The translations under genes were made by a program, and so were the position numbers. 64,000 bases of DNA, taken from an uncultured Erysipelotrichaceae bacterium. Lineage in GTDB: Bacteria; Bacillota_I; Bacilli_A; RF39; UBA660. The stretch is taken from NCBI GenBank assembly GCA_902773675.1, contig CACYFN010000001.1:2384-66383 (forward strand), written 5' to 3'. This document shows positions 1 to 10,691 of this stretch, one piece after another. A model generated the notes under the pieces. That model had not been told where the DNA came from, made no database searches, and saw only the letters and a list, made by a program, of their open reading frames with translations. The stretch's first letter is position 1, and each line of letters begins with the position of its first letter.

Positions 1-45
1 TCTAGTGTTGTTCCATGAACATAATATATTATTTTAATCAAGATA

Positions 46-1695
46 TCACTTCTTCTCTAATCTTCTTATTTTTTCATTATTCTTCTTTCTTTGTAAATCT
101 AAATCTTTATCTATAGTCTTAACTTCAATATGTTTTTGTTCTAACTTCTTTTTTAAATTATCTAATTTATCCATTGCATCTTTATATTCAGGAATTAAAT
201 ATACATACTTTTCAAACTTATCATGAAATTCTACTTTTAATTTATCAACCTGTTCTATAGAATCTAATAACATTAAATTAGTATATTCAAGCCTATCCTT
301 ACAATTAATTATTTCTCTTTCTAAATCCTCATACTTAATAATAGTATCCGTTCTTTGCTCAACAGTTAAGCCTTGTCTAAGACCTCTTAAACCTTTATTT
401 ATTAAAGCAGTTCCCATTGCAATACCAAATATACGCCTATTAGATAAAGGAGCTGTAACAATACCTGCAGCTACTCGAAGTAAGGATGCAAACATCCTAC
501 CATATCCAGTAATTCTAACTTCTGGAATATTAATAATATCTATCTTATCAACTCTTGACTTTATATCATCAAGAATTTTTCTCTGTTCAATAAGTTCAAG
601 TGCAACTCTATCTTCAACTCTTTCTTGTTTTTTAGTTTCTTCCTTATTTTTTTCAAAAGCAATAGTTCTACCAACTATTTCTTCTTTCTTCTCTTCAATA
701 TCTGTAACTACCTTAACACTTTGATCTTTAAGAATAACTATACCTTCTATTTTATCAATCTCATTTTTACATACATTAACCATAACTTCAATAGTATCTA
801 GTTTAGCTTTATCTGTATAATCATCAACCGCATCCATAAATTCAATGCTATCTAATATAGCAAAATCACTAAAATCATATTTATCTTTAATAGTATCATA
901 TTTACTCTTCAAATCATCAATCTTTTTTCTTAAATTATCACTTTTTTGTTCCAATACCACAGCTTGTTCTAAAGTATAAGGTTTTTCTACTTCATCTTGA
1001 ATAACTTTTACTTCTTCTTTAATTTCAGATATTACTTCTTTACTCTCATCAATAAATTTTTCTATTTCCTCAACAATTACTTTTTCATCCTTAGAAATCT
1101 CTTCTTCCCTTTTGATATCAATTCTTTCTTTATCTTCTTCTGGAGGATTTTTAACATCAATTCCTCTCTTAATATCTTCATATTCATAGTAATCGTATTT
1201 ATCAAAATCAAATACTTCAGTATCAGGATCAACTTCAATCTCTCTACCATCTATTTCATAAGAAGGTTCATAATTAGCAATTACTTCACTTAATTTATGT
1301 AACTCCTGTACTTCTTTACCAGGTTCATCACTATTAACAACTGGTTCATTTATGTCAATTTTAGTATCTTTAACTTCAGGAACATAAATATCTAATTTTT
1401 TCTGATTAATTGGAAATACAGGTATAACAAAATTTAACTTACTTATTACCTTCTTATCCTCATCATCCAGTTTATGAACATTATCTATATCAAAATCTTT
1501 AATTGTTTTAATATAACTAATCTTTTTTTCAATATTATCTTTAGTATAAAATTCTCTTTGTAATCTAAATTTTTCATACCTTTTTCTAAATAAAATACTT
1601 ATTATTCTATCCCTTAAAGATCCTTTAGCGCCTCTACTACTACCAGACCCTTCCTCTTCAGTTGTATCAACATCTAAATCATTATTAAACATCAT
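46..1695 (-). CDS. Hypothetical 549-aa highly acidic (E/D/K-rich) coiled-coil protein. A Gly/Ala-rich amphipathic segment (GYGRMFASLLRVAAGIVTAPLS...GLRGLRQGL) sits near residues 400-450.
   Basis: Long uninterrupted ORF. Composition and heptad-like charge pattern suggest coiled coil. No recognisable catalytic motif. Confidence 0.45.
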   Translation of the reverse strand: MMFNNDLDVDTTEEEGSGSSRGAKGSLRDRIISILFRKRYEKFRLQREFYTKDNIEKKISYIKTIKDFDIDNVHKLDDEDKKVISKLNFVIPVFPINQKKLDIYVPEVKDTKIDINEPVVNSDEPGKEVQELHKLSEVIANYEPSYEIDGREIEVDPDTEVFDFDKYDYYEYEDIKRGIDVKNPPEEDKERIDIKREEEISKDEKVIVEEIEKFIDESKEVISEIKEEVKVIQDEVEKPYTLEQAVVLEQKSDNLRKKIDDLKSKYDTIKDKYDFSDFAILDSIEFMDAVDDYTDKAKLDTIEVMVNVCKNEIDKIEGIVILKDQSVKVVTDIEEKKEEIVGRTIAFEKNKEETKKQERVEDRVALELIEQRKILDDIKSRVDKIDIINIPEVRITGYGRMFASLLRVAAGIVTAPLSNRRIFGIAMGTALINKGLRGLRQGLTVEQRTDTIIKYEDLEREIINCKDRLEYTNLMLLDSIEQVDKLKVEFHDKFEKYVYLIPEYKDAMDKLDNLKKKLEQKHIEVKTIDKDLDLQRKKNNEKIRRLEKK

Positions 1696-1748
1696 TAATC
1701 ACATCCATATATATTGTATCAAATAAAATATTAAAAAAAAAGATTAAA

Positions 1749-2291
1749 CTACAATGATTTAATCTTATTTATTGGCCATATCCTAAATATAGTCTTACCT
1801 AATATTTTATCTTTCTTAATTAATCCCACTTCAGACATTCTACTATCAGATGATCCATCTCTATTATCACCCATTACAAAGTAAGAATTACTAGGTATTT
1901 TATTAATACCATATATCTCTTTTAAAGAAAAATCATCAGTGTCTTCTAAAACTACATCTTCAATTACTTTACCATTAATATAAAGTTTATTATTTTTATA
2001 TTCAATATTTTCTCCAGGTAAACCAATAATTCTTTTAACTAACTTAGTAGTCTTATATTTAGCTTTACCGTCCTCATAATATTTTTGTTTAATTTCAACA
2101 ACAACAATATCAAATCTCTTATAATTTCTAGATAATTTATTTAGTATTAATATATCTCCATCTTTTAAAGTTGGATCCATAGAACTACCATCAACTCTAA
2201 CTGGAGTAGCAATAAATGTTCTAATAACTACTACTACTACAATTATTACTAAATATGGAATTAATTCCTTAAGAAATTTCATAAGTATCAC
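1749..2291 (-). CDS. lepB: Signal peptidase I
   Basis: N-terminal TM segment. Conserved SPase I boxes (SSMDPTL, GDNRDGSSDSR). Confidence 0.8.
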   Translation of the reverse strand: MILMKFLKELIPYLVIIVVVVVIRTFIATPVRVDGSSMDPTLKDGDILILNKLSRNYKRFDIVVVEIKQKYYEDGKAKYKTTKLVKRIIGLPGENIEYKNNKLYINGKVIEDVVLEDTDDFSLKEIYGINKIPSNSYFVMGDNRDGSSDSRMSEVGLIKKDKILGKTIFRIWPINKIKSL

Positions 2292-2319
2292 CTACCAAAA
2301 TAAGGCTTAACAATAAGCC

Positions 2320-2673
2320 TTATGCCCTTTCTGGAATCTTTGGAGTCTTCTTTAAGTCTCTAATATAATTTAATTTCGCACGTCTAACTTTACCTTTTCT
2401 AACAACCTCGATACTATCGATAACTGGTGAATTAACAGGAAAAGTTTTTTCTGTACCAACATTAGCAGAAACTTTTCTAACAGTAACAGTCTTACTGATA
2501 CCAGACCCTTTAATTGCCATTACTAATCCTTCATAAACTTGAATTCTAATTTTTTCTTTACCTTTAGAATCTTTTTCCACAATCTTTAAGTTAACTTTGA
2601 TATTATCTCCAACTCTAAATTCCGGAATGTCCTTACGAATTTGTTTTGCAGTAATTTTATCAATCAAATTCAC
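2320..2673 (-). CDS. rplS: 50S ribosomal protein L19. The likely true start is GTG at 2673, preceded by an AAAGGAGAG RBS. The track ORF is extended at the N-terminus.
   Basis: Matches the L19 consensus (ITAKQIRKDIPEFRVGDNIKV...VRKVS.GVG.E.TFP). Confidence 0.85.
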   Translation of the reverse strand: MNLIDKITAKQIRKDIPEFRVGDNIKVNLKIVEKDSKGKEKIRIQVYEGLVMAIKGSGISKTVTVRKVSANVGTEKTFPVNSPVIDSIEVVRKGKVRRAKLNYIRDLKKTPKIPERA

Positions 2674-2770
2674 GATGTCACTCTCCTTTTCATAAATACT
2701 TTGATCATAATAATACATACCAGCGGATCAAGTCGATATTAATTTTACCATATTATAAAGAAAATTGCAA

Positions 2771-3214
2771 TTAAATATTAGCTAATTTTTCCTTAACTTT
2801 TTTACTAACACTACTCATATCTGCTTTACCTTTTAATAATGGAGTAATCATACCCATAATTTTTCCCATATCAGATTGACTAGTAGGATTTATCTTTTTA
2901 AAAGCATCATCAATTATTTTATCAACATCTTCCTCACTTAATTGAGCAGGCATATATTCATTTAATATAGCAATCTCCATATTAGTTTGTTCAATTAAAT
3001 CAAATCTATTACCTTTCTCAAATTCAGCAATTGATTCTTTTCTTGTCTTAATTTGTTTAGCAAGAACACCAATAACATCATCATCACTAAGTTCAGATTT
3101 CTTATTAATTTCCTCTAATTGAATAGCTCCTTTAACCATTCTAAGTACAGATAATCTTAACTTATCTTGACTCTTCATAGCAGCAACCATATCTTTAAGA
3201 ATTTTATCTTTCAT
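2771..3214 (-). CDS. yqeY: GatB/YqeY domain protein
   Basis: YqeY family pattern. Adjacent to rpsU as in Bacillus. Confidence 0.7.
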   Translation of the reverse strand: MKDKILKDMVAAMKSQDKLRLSVLRMVKGAIQLEEINKKSELSDDDVIGVLAKQIKTRKESIAEFEKGNRFDLIEQTNMEIAILNEYMPAQLSEEDVDKIIDDAFKKINPTSQSDMGKIMGMITPLLKGKADMSSVSKKVKEKLANI

Positions 3215-3252
3215 AAATATCCCCTTTCATAAAATTAAGAGCTATTTAGCTC

Positions 3253-3447
3253 TTAACGATAATTACGTTCTCTTTTTCTAGTATTTTTAATACCTTCAGC
3301 TTTAGCTTTTCTTCTTCTTACTCCAGGTTTTTCATAACCATCTTGTCTCTCACGAGCTTTTTTTAGGAGGCCGTCTCTTGCATTTTTTTGTTTCATATTA
3401 CGAATTGCACCATCAACATCGCCATTCTTTACTATTACCTTTGACAT
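3253..3447 (-). CDS. rpsU: 30S ribosomal protein S21. The true start is MSKVIV, with an AGGAGG RBS. The track ORF carries a spurious N-terminal extension.
   Basis: Sequence MSKVIVKNGDVDGAIR...RKRERNYR is a typical S21. Confidence 0.85.
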   Translation of the reverse strand: MSKVIVKNGDVDGAIRNMKQKNARDGLLKKARERQDGYEKPGVRRRKAKAEGIKNTRKRERNYR

Positions 3448-3561
3448 AATTTCCCTCCTTTCACAAACTATCAGTATTATAACACCTTTAACCCCATAAT
3501 ACAAGAAAAAACTTAATGTTTTCTACAAAAAAAGATAAATTTTTTAATTTTTTTATCCTTT

Positions 3562-4668
3562 TTATAAATATTCTTTAATCTTTTTAAATTCACTAGTCTC
3601 TAAATTAGTTAAAGCAAGTTCTTCAAATAGTTTTTTCTGATTACGATCTAACTTAGAAGGAATAACTACCTTTATAACAACATACATATTACCTTTACTA
3701 CCACGATGCAAGTCTTCAACACCTTTACCCTTAATACGATGCTTATCCCCACTTTGACTACCAGCAGGAATAACTAACTTAACATTTCCATATAAAGTAG
3801 GAATATCTTTCTTACATCCAAGTACTGCATCAGTAATAGTAATAGGAAGTTCTAAATAAATATCATTTTCATCTCTAACAAATAAAGGATGATCTTTAAC
3901 TTGAAATTCAATATACAAATCTCCATTAGGTCCCCCATTAGAACCACTATCACCTTTACCAGCAAGACGTAACTGATTACCAGTATCAACACCAGCAGGA
4001 ATCTTTACGTCAATTTCCTTATTTACTCTTACACTACCATTACCATGACACTTAGAACAAGTAGAATCATATGTATAACCTTTACCACGACAATTAGGAC
4101 AAGTACTCTTAGTCATAAAAGACCCTAAAATAGTTCTTTGTTCAGTAGTTACACTACCAGTACCATGACAAGTAGAACATTTCTTTTCCCCCTTGCCACC
4201 TTTTCCATCACATTCACTACATATATCATTAACATCTATTTTAATTGTCTTCTTAGTACCAAATACAGCTTCATCAAAAGTTAAATTCATGCGTATTAAT
4301 TTATCCGCACCTTTACGAGCTCTATTTTGACTTCCTCTTCTACTTCCACCAAATCCAAAATTACCAAAACCAGATCCAAATAATCCTTCAAAAATATCTC
4401 CAAAATCAAAATCAGAAAAATCAAATCCAGCTCCACCATTCATTTGGTCAAATGCCGCATGACCATATTGATCATATTGACGACGTTTAGCCTCATCACT
4501 TAAAACAGCATATGCTTCTTGTGCTTCCTTAAATTTTTCAGCAGCATCTGGTTCTTTATTAACATCTGGGTGATATTTCTTAGCAAGTTTACGAAAAGCA
4601 CTTTTTATTTCCGCTTCACTTGCATCTTTACTAACACCCAAGACTTCATAATAATCTCTCTTATTCAT
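3562..4668 (-). CDS. dnaJ: Chaperone DnaJ
   Basis: J-domain (HPD motif). G/F region. Four CxxCxGxG zinc-finger repeats. C-terminal domains present. Confidence 0.95.
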   Translation of the reverse strand: MNKRDYYEVLGVSKDASEAEIKSAFRKLAKKYHPDVNKEPDAAEKFKEAQEAYAVLSDEAKRRQYDQYGHAAFDQMNGGAGFDFSDFDFGDIFEGLFGSGFGNFGFGGSRRGSQNRARKGADKLIRMNLTFDEAVFGTKKTIKIDVNDICSECDGKGGKGEKKCSTCHGTGSVTTEQRTILGSFMTKSTCPNCRGKGYTYDSTCSKCHGNGSVRVNKEIDVKIPAGVDTGNQLRLAGKGDSGSNGGPNGDLYIEFQVKDHPLFVRDENDIYLELPITITDAVLGCKKDIPTLYGNVKLVIPAGSQSGDKHRIKGKGVEDLHRGSKGNMYVVIKVVIPSKLDRNQKKLFEELALTNLETSEFKKIKEYL

Positions 4669-4680
4669 ACTTCACCATCC

Positions 4681-6468
4681 TTATATTAGTTTTTTTAACT
4701 CTTCAAGTTTCTCTCTAAACATATTAATACTTTTAATAATTGGTTCTGGCTTAGTCATATCAACACCAGTTCTCTTTAAAATATTTAAAGGATAATTAGA
4801 TCCACCACTACTCAAAAATTCTATATATTTATCTACTGCACCTTCCTTACCTTCTAATATATCACTAGCAATCGCAATCGCACTAGATAAACCAGTTGCA
4901 TACTTATAAACATAAAATGATGTATAGAAATGTGGAATACGTGACCATTCATATCTTATATCTTCATCACTAACAACATTATCACCATAATATAACTTAT
5001 TAAGTTCATAATATGTATTTGAAAATTCTTCCTCAGTTAAAGGCACTCCATTTGCTTCCTTATCATGCATAATCATCTCAAATTCAGCAAACATTGTTTG
5101 ACGATAAATAGTAGTTCTTACCTTATCCAAAAATTCAGTTAAATATAATATCTTTTCTTCCTTAATTTCAGCATTCTTATATAAATAAGAATTTAGTAAA
5201 ACTTCATTAACAGTAGATGCAATCTCAGCTAAAAATATAGGATAATTATGATCAATATAATTTTGACTCTTCGAATAATATGAATGCATCGAATGACCTA
5301 ATTCATGAATCATCGTATTAACAGAATCAATTGTATCATTATAATTAAGAAGTAAATATGGATATGAGTCATAACAGCCCCAACTATAAGCTCCACTTCT
5401 TTTACCTTTACTAGGATATATATCAATCCATTTTTCCGAAAAAGCTTTCTCTAAATCATTTAAATATTTATTTCCTAAAGGTTTTAATGCTTCAAATATA
5501 ATTTTTTTACCTTCATCAAAATCAATATCTTTTTGTTTCTCTTTAATTAGATCAACGTGCAAATCATACATATGCATTTCATCTAAACCAAGAGCTTTCT
5601 TTCTTAAAGCCATATAATCATACATAGCATCCATATTATCATGAATAGTATTAATTAAATTTTTATATACACTTACATCAATACTATCACTATATAAACT
5701 CATCTCTAGTGGACTTTCAAACTTTTTAACATCACTTATAAAGAAATTTTCTTTAATATTTCCTTTCAAACAAGCAGCTAAAGTATTTTTTAAACCTTTA
5801 AAATATTTATACATGTGATTAAAAGCATCAATTCTAACTTCTCTATTTAAACTAGTCATATATTTACCATAATTACTATTAGTTAGTTCTACCAAATTTC
5901 CATCTTCATCCTTAATTTTACCTAAATTAATATCAGAATTATCTAAATTATAAAATGCTTCATCACCAGTACCAAACGCATTACTTGCTTTAGTAATTAT
6001 AGCTTCCTCTTTCTCACTTAAAGTATGATCTTTATATCTAAACATTTTCTCTAAATCAAAGCGATATTCTTCTAACCTAGAATCTTTATCAATTAATTTT
6101 AAAACATCATCATAATTACAATTCAACATCTCAGGAGTAACAAAAGATAGTTTATCGCTTATTATTTCTCCCATTTTTTGGGCTTGCATTTTCATCTTTT
6201 GACCATTACTATCCGATGTATCAGTATCACATATAAGTCTAGCATACATAAATACCCTATCAGATAATCTATCTAACTTTTCATACATTTTATAAAAATC
6301 ATATAACTTATCAGTCATAATATGACCCTTAAATTTAATAACTTCTAAAACTAACTTAAATACTTCTTTATAAGCAGCATCATATTCTTTCTTATCTTTA
6401 AATAAACTACTTAAATCCCACTTATATTTATCATCAATTTCGCTTCTTGTTTTAATATTAGTTTCCAT
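4681..6468 (-). CDS. pepF: Oligoendopeptidase F (M3B family)
   Basis: HELGHSMH zinc motif. Length and overall pattern fit PepF. Located between dnaK and dnaJ. Confidence 0.8.
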   Translation of the reverse strand: METNIKTRSEIDDKYKWDLSSLFKDKKEYDAAYKEVFKLVLEVIKFKGHIMTDKLYDFYKMYEKLDRLSDRVFMYARLICDTDTSDSNGQKMKMQAQKMGEIISDKLSFVTPEMLNCNYDDVLKLIDKDSRLEEYRFDLEKMFRYKDHTLSEKEEAIITKASNAFGTGDEAFYNLDNSDINLGKIKDEDGNLVELTNSNYGKYMTSLNREVRIDAFNHMYKYFKGLKNTLAACLKGNIKENFFISDVKKFESPLEMSLYSDSIDVSVYKNLINTIHDNMDAMYDYMALRKKALGLDEMHMYDLHVDLIKEKQKDIDFDEGKKIIFEALKPLGNKYLNDLEKAFSEKWIDIYPSKGKRSGAYSWGCYDSYPYLLLNYNDTIDSVNTMIHELGHSMHSYYSKSQNYIDHNYPIFLAEIASTVNEVLLNSYLYKNAEIKEEKILYLTEFLDKVRTTIYRQTMFAEFEMIMHDKEANGVPLTEEEFSNTYYELNKLYYGDNVVSDEDIRYEWSRIPHFYTSFYVYKYATGLSSAIAIASDILEGKEGAVDKYIEFLSSGGSNYPLNILKRTGVDMTKPEPIIKSINMFREKLEELKKLI

Positions 6469-6524
6469 AATTATCCTTTCATTAACTAAATAGAAAGTTC
6501 TAGAAAACTAGAACTTTACTATCA

Positions 6525-8345
<1,821 letters not shown>

Positions 8346-8355
8346 TCACCTTTCC

Positions 8356-9078
8356 TTATTCACTAACCTTAACCATTGCTGGTCTTATAACTTTATCTTT
8401 ATATAAATATCCTTTTTGTAAAACTTCAATAACCATACCAGGTTCAACACCCTCTTTAGCCTCTACTATCACCGCATTATGATAAACAGGATCAAATGGT
8501 TTATTAGCTCCATCAATTGGTTTTACTTCAAACTTAGTCATAATATTTTCTAAACCACAATAAACCATTTTATATCCTTCATTTAACTTCATAAATGCTT
8601 CATCATTATTACCTTCAGATAACTTCAAAGCTCTTTCAAAATTGTCAATAACTGGTAATAAGTCCTTAATCAACCCCTCATTAGCAAACTTCATCATTCT
8701 AGAAAATTCTTCTTCACGACGTTTACGATAATTAACAACATCTGCTTCCTTACGAATTAATTTATCTTCAAGTTCACTTATTTTATTATAAGCTTCATTT
8801 AACTTATCTTCATGTTTATTCTTATTAAAGAATCCCTTTTTCTTCTTTTCTTCTTTCTTATCATTACAAGTACATTTACTACCTTCTTCACACTTGCATT
8901 TTTCATCTTCACAATTGCCTTTATTATCACCATGACAACCACATTGACACTCTTTATCATCACATGTGCATTCCTTACCTTCTTGACATCCACAATCACA
9001 TGATTCATCACAATTACATTTTTTATTCTTTACTTCTTCTACTTTTTCTTCAGTCATAAAATCTCCTTTATTTACCAA
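8356..9078 (-). CDS. grpE: Nucleotide exchange factor GrpE with a Cys-rich N-terminal extension
   Basis: The C-terminal ~165 aa is canonical GrpE. The N-terminal ~75 aa contains 15 Cys in CxC/CxxC clusters. The start overlaps the hrcA stop, implying translational coupling. Confidence 0.85.
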   Translation of the reverse strand: MVNKGDFMTEEKVEEVKNKKCNCDESCDCGCQEGKECTCDDKECQCGCHGDNKGNCEDEKCKCEEGSKCTCNDKKEEKKKKGFFNKNKHEDKLNEAYNKISELEDKLIRKEADVVNYRKRREEEFSRMMKFANEGLIKDLLPVIDNFERALKLSEGNNDEAFMKLNEGYKMVYCGLENIMTKFEVKPIDGANKPFDPVYHNAVIVEAKEGVEPGMVIEVLQKGYLYKDKVIRPAMVKVSE

Positions 9079-10057
9079 TATTCTCTTTTATATAATTAAG
9101 TAAGGTAATAACTCTATCATATTCCATTCTCTTAGGTCCTATCAAAGCAATTGTTCCTTCTTCACCATTAATGGTATATTTAGTTTTAATAATAGTGACA
9201 TCATCGTCAAAATTATTTTCACTACCTATATATATATTAATGCCATTATCCTTTTCTTCAATACTTTCAACTATTTCCTTATCTTCAAATTTACTTATTA
9301 TATCTCTTATCTTATCAGCATCATTAAATTCTGGTTGCATCAAAATATTCTTAGTACCACTTCTAAACACACTATGATTATTTGTAAATTCATTAAATGC
9401 ATTATAAAATGCATTATATAAAACCTCGTGCTGTTCAACATAATCAGCAATTCTTGGTTTTACTTCAAACTCAAGTACATCACTAATATCATCTAAAGAT
9501 GTACCAACAATTAATTTATTAATTAAATCAACAGTCTGTTTAATATCATTCATTGAAACAATTCCTTCAATATAAACATTCTTATGTTCTACATGTCCTT
9601 TATCAGTAACAATAATAGCTACTAAATTATTATCATCAACCGGAATTACTTCAATCTTTTGAATTAAATTATTACTTGATTGTTTACCAAGAACAACAGC
9701 CGTATAACTAGTAAGTTCTGTAATTATTTCCATACTTCTTGCAATAGCATCATTAACAACTAATGATTTATTACTTACTATTTGCTGAAGTCTCAAAATC
9801 TCTTCACCAGTTAACTCCTTTGGTACCATAATATGATCAACATAATACCTATAACCTTTCTCACTAGGTATTCTACCACTTGATATATGAGTTTTTTCAA
9901 GTAATCCTAAATCTTCTAACGAACTCATCTCTGATCTTATAGTTGCACTAGAACAATTCATAATATCACAAATAGACTTAGAACTAACAGGTCTAGCAGT
10001 CTTAATATAATCTTCAACTATTATTTTAAGTAATTGTTCCTGTCTCTTACTTAGCAT
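9068..10057 (-). CDS. hrcA: Heat-inducible transcription repressor HrcA
   Basis: HrcA N-terminal wHTH (LSKRQEQLLKIIVEDYI...PVSSK) and overall length. Confidence 0.9.
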   Translation of the reverse strand: MLSKRQEQLLKIIVEDYIKTARPVSSKSICDIMNCSSATIRSEMSSLEDLGLLEKTHISSGRIPSEKGYRYYVDHIMVPKELTGEEILRLQQIVSNKSLVVNDAIARSMEIITELTSYTAVVLGKQSSNNLIQKIEVIPVDDNNLVAIIVTDKGHVEHKNVYIEGIVSMNDIKQTVDLINKLIVGTSLDDISDVLEFEVKPRIADYVEQHEVLYNAFYNAFNEFTNNHSVFRSGTKNILMQPEFNDADKIRDIISKFEDKEIVESIEEKDNGINIYIGSENNFDDDVTIIKTKYTINGEEGTIALIGPKRMEYDRVITLLNYIKENIGK

Positions 10058-10113
10058 TAATATACCACCTTCTAAATTATTATATAACTTTTTTTTAATT
10101 ATATAACCATTTT

Positions 10114-10140
10114 TTAGCAGTTTACACTTTTAACTGCTAA
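10114..10140. promoter_or_regulatory. CIRCE-like operator (TTAGCAGTT-N9-AACTGCTAA), a perfect 9-N9-9 inverted repeat upstream of hrcA
   Basis: Inverted repeat with the spacing and TTAGCA/TGCTAA core of CIRCE (consensus TTAGCACTC-N9-GAGTGCTAA). Sits in the hrcA-grpE-dnaK leader. Confidence 0.65.
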
Positions 10141-10160
10141 AAACATTTTAACATAGTAAA

Positions 10161-10187
10161 TTAGCAATGTCAATAGGAAAGTGCTAA
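10161..10187. promoter_or_regulatory. Second, less perfect CIRCE-like element (TTAGCAATG-N9-AAGTGCTAA)
   Basis: The right arm matches the CIRCE consensus at 8 of 9 positions and the left arm at 7 of 9. Same N9 spacing. Confidence 0.5.
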
Positions 10188-10205
10188 AAAATAAAAAAAG
10201 TATTT

Positions 10206-10583
10206 CTACTTTTTCAATTTATCTTTCCATTCAGATTCTTTAAATCCTATAAGTACAATATTATCTTTAATAAATAATGGTCTTTTAATTAACATACCAT
10301 CACTAGATAGTAACTTTATTTTATCATCATATGACATATTAACTAATTTATTTTTTAAATTCAATTCTCTATATTTAAGACCACTAGTATTAAAAAATCT
10401 CTTTATATCTAATCCACTTTTCTTAATCCAATTAATTAACTCTTCACTATTAGGATTTTCATCAATTATACTTCTTTCATTAAATTCTATATTATTACTT
10501 TTTAACCATTCATAAGCTTTTCTACAAGTAGAACACTTACTATACCATATTAACATATTATCCCTCCATAATAAGTATACCAT
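10206..10583 (-). CDS. ArsC/Spx-family (thioredoxin-fold, YffB/YusI-like) protein. The probable start is the internal MLIWYSK.
   Basis: N-terminal CxxC (YSKCSTCRKAYEWL) and the overall ArsC-family pattern. Confidence 0.55.
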   Translation of the reverse strand: MVYLLWRDNMLIWYSKCSTCRKAYEWLKSNNIEFNERSIIDENPNSEELINWIKKSGLDIKRFFNTSGLKYRELNLKNKLVNMSYDDKIKLLSSDGMLIKRPLFIKDNIVLIGFKESEWKDKLKK

Positions 10584-10691
10584 AAAAAAAGAAGAAATTA
10601 GATTATAATACCTTTAAAGTTCTTCCTAAATATATTTTAACATATTTCTATGTTCTTTTTATTTAGTGTAAACTTAACAGGTACTAGTATC

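Noticed and set aside
997-1293. Track ORF 997..1293 (+), plus similar short opposite-strand or alternative-frame ORFs at 9171..9377, 11101..11301, 13591..13839, 15641..15823, 17623..17817, 17896..18183, 18477..18671, 19161..19352, 20109..20294, 20774..20968, 27380..27580, 37904..38086, 38231..38464, 43266..43457, 44160..44354, 44351..44611, 46178..46387, 50986..51207, 52378..52587, 53704..54084, 58716..58910 and 59634..59846
   Set aside because: All are embedded in longer, well-supported genes on the other strand or frame. They have F/I/L/N-rich low-complexity translations typical of random frames in AT-rich DNA, and they lack RBSs.
8799-9011. ORFs 8799..9011 (-) and 8812..9003 (+) overlapping the grpE 5' region
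   Set aside because: These are alternative-frame artefacts of the low-complexity Cys/Lys/Glu-coding stretch. They are poly-K/V/F peptides with no RBS, nested entirely inside grpE.
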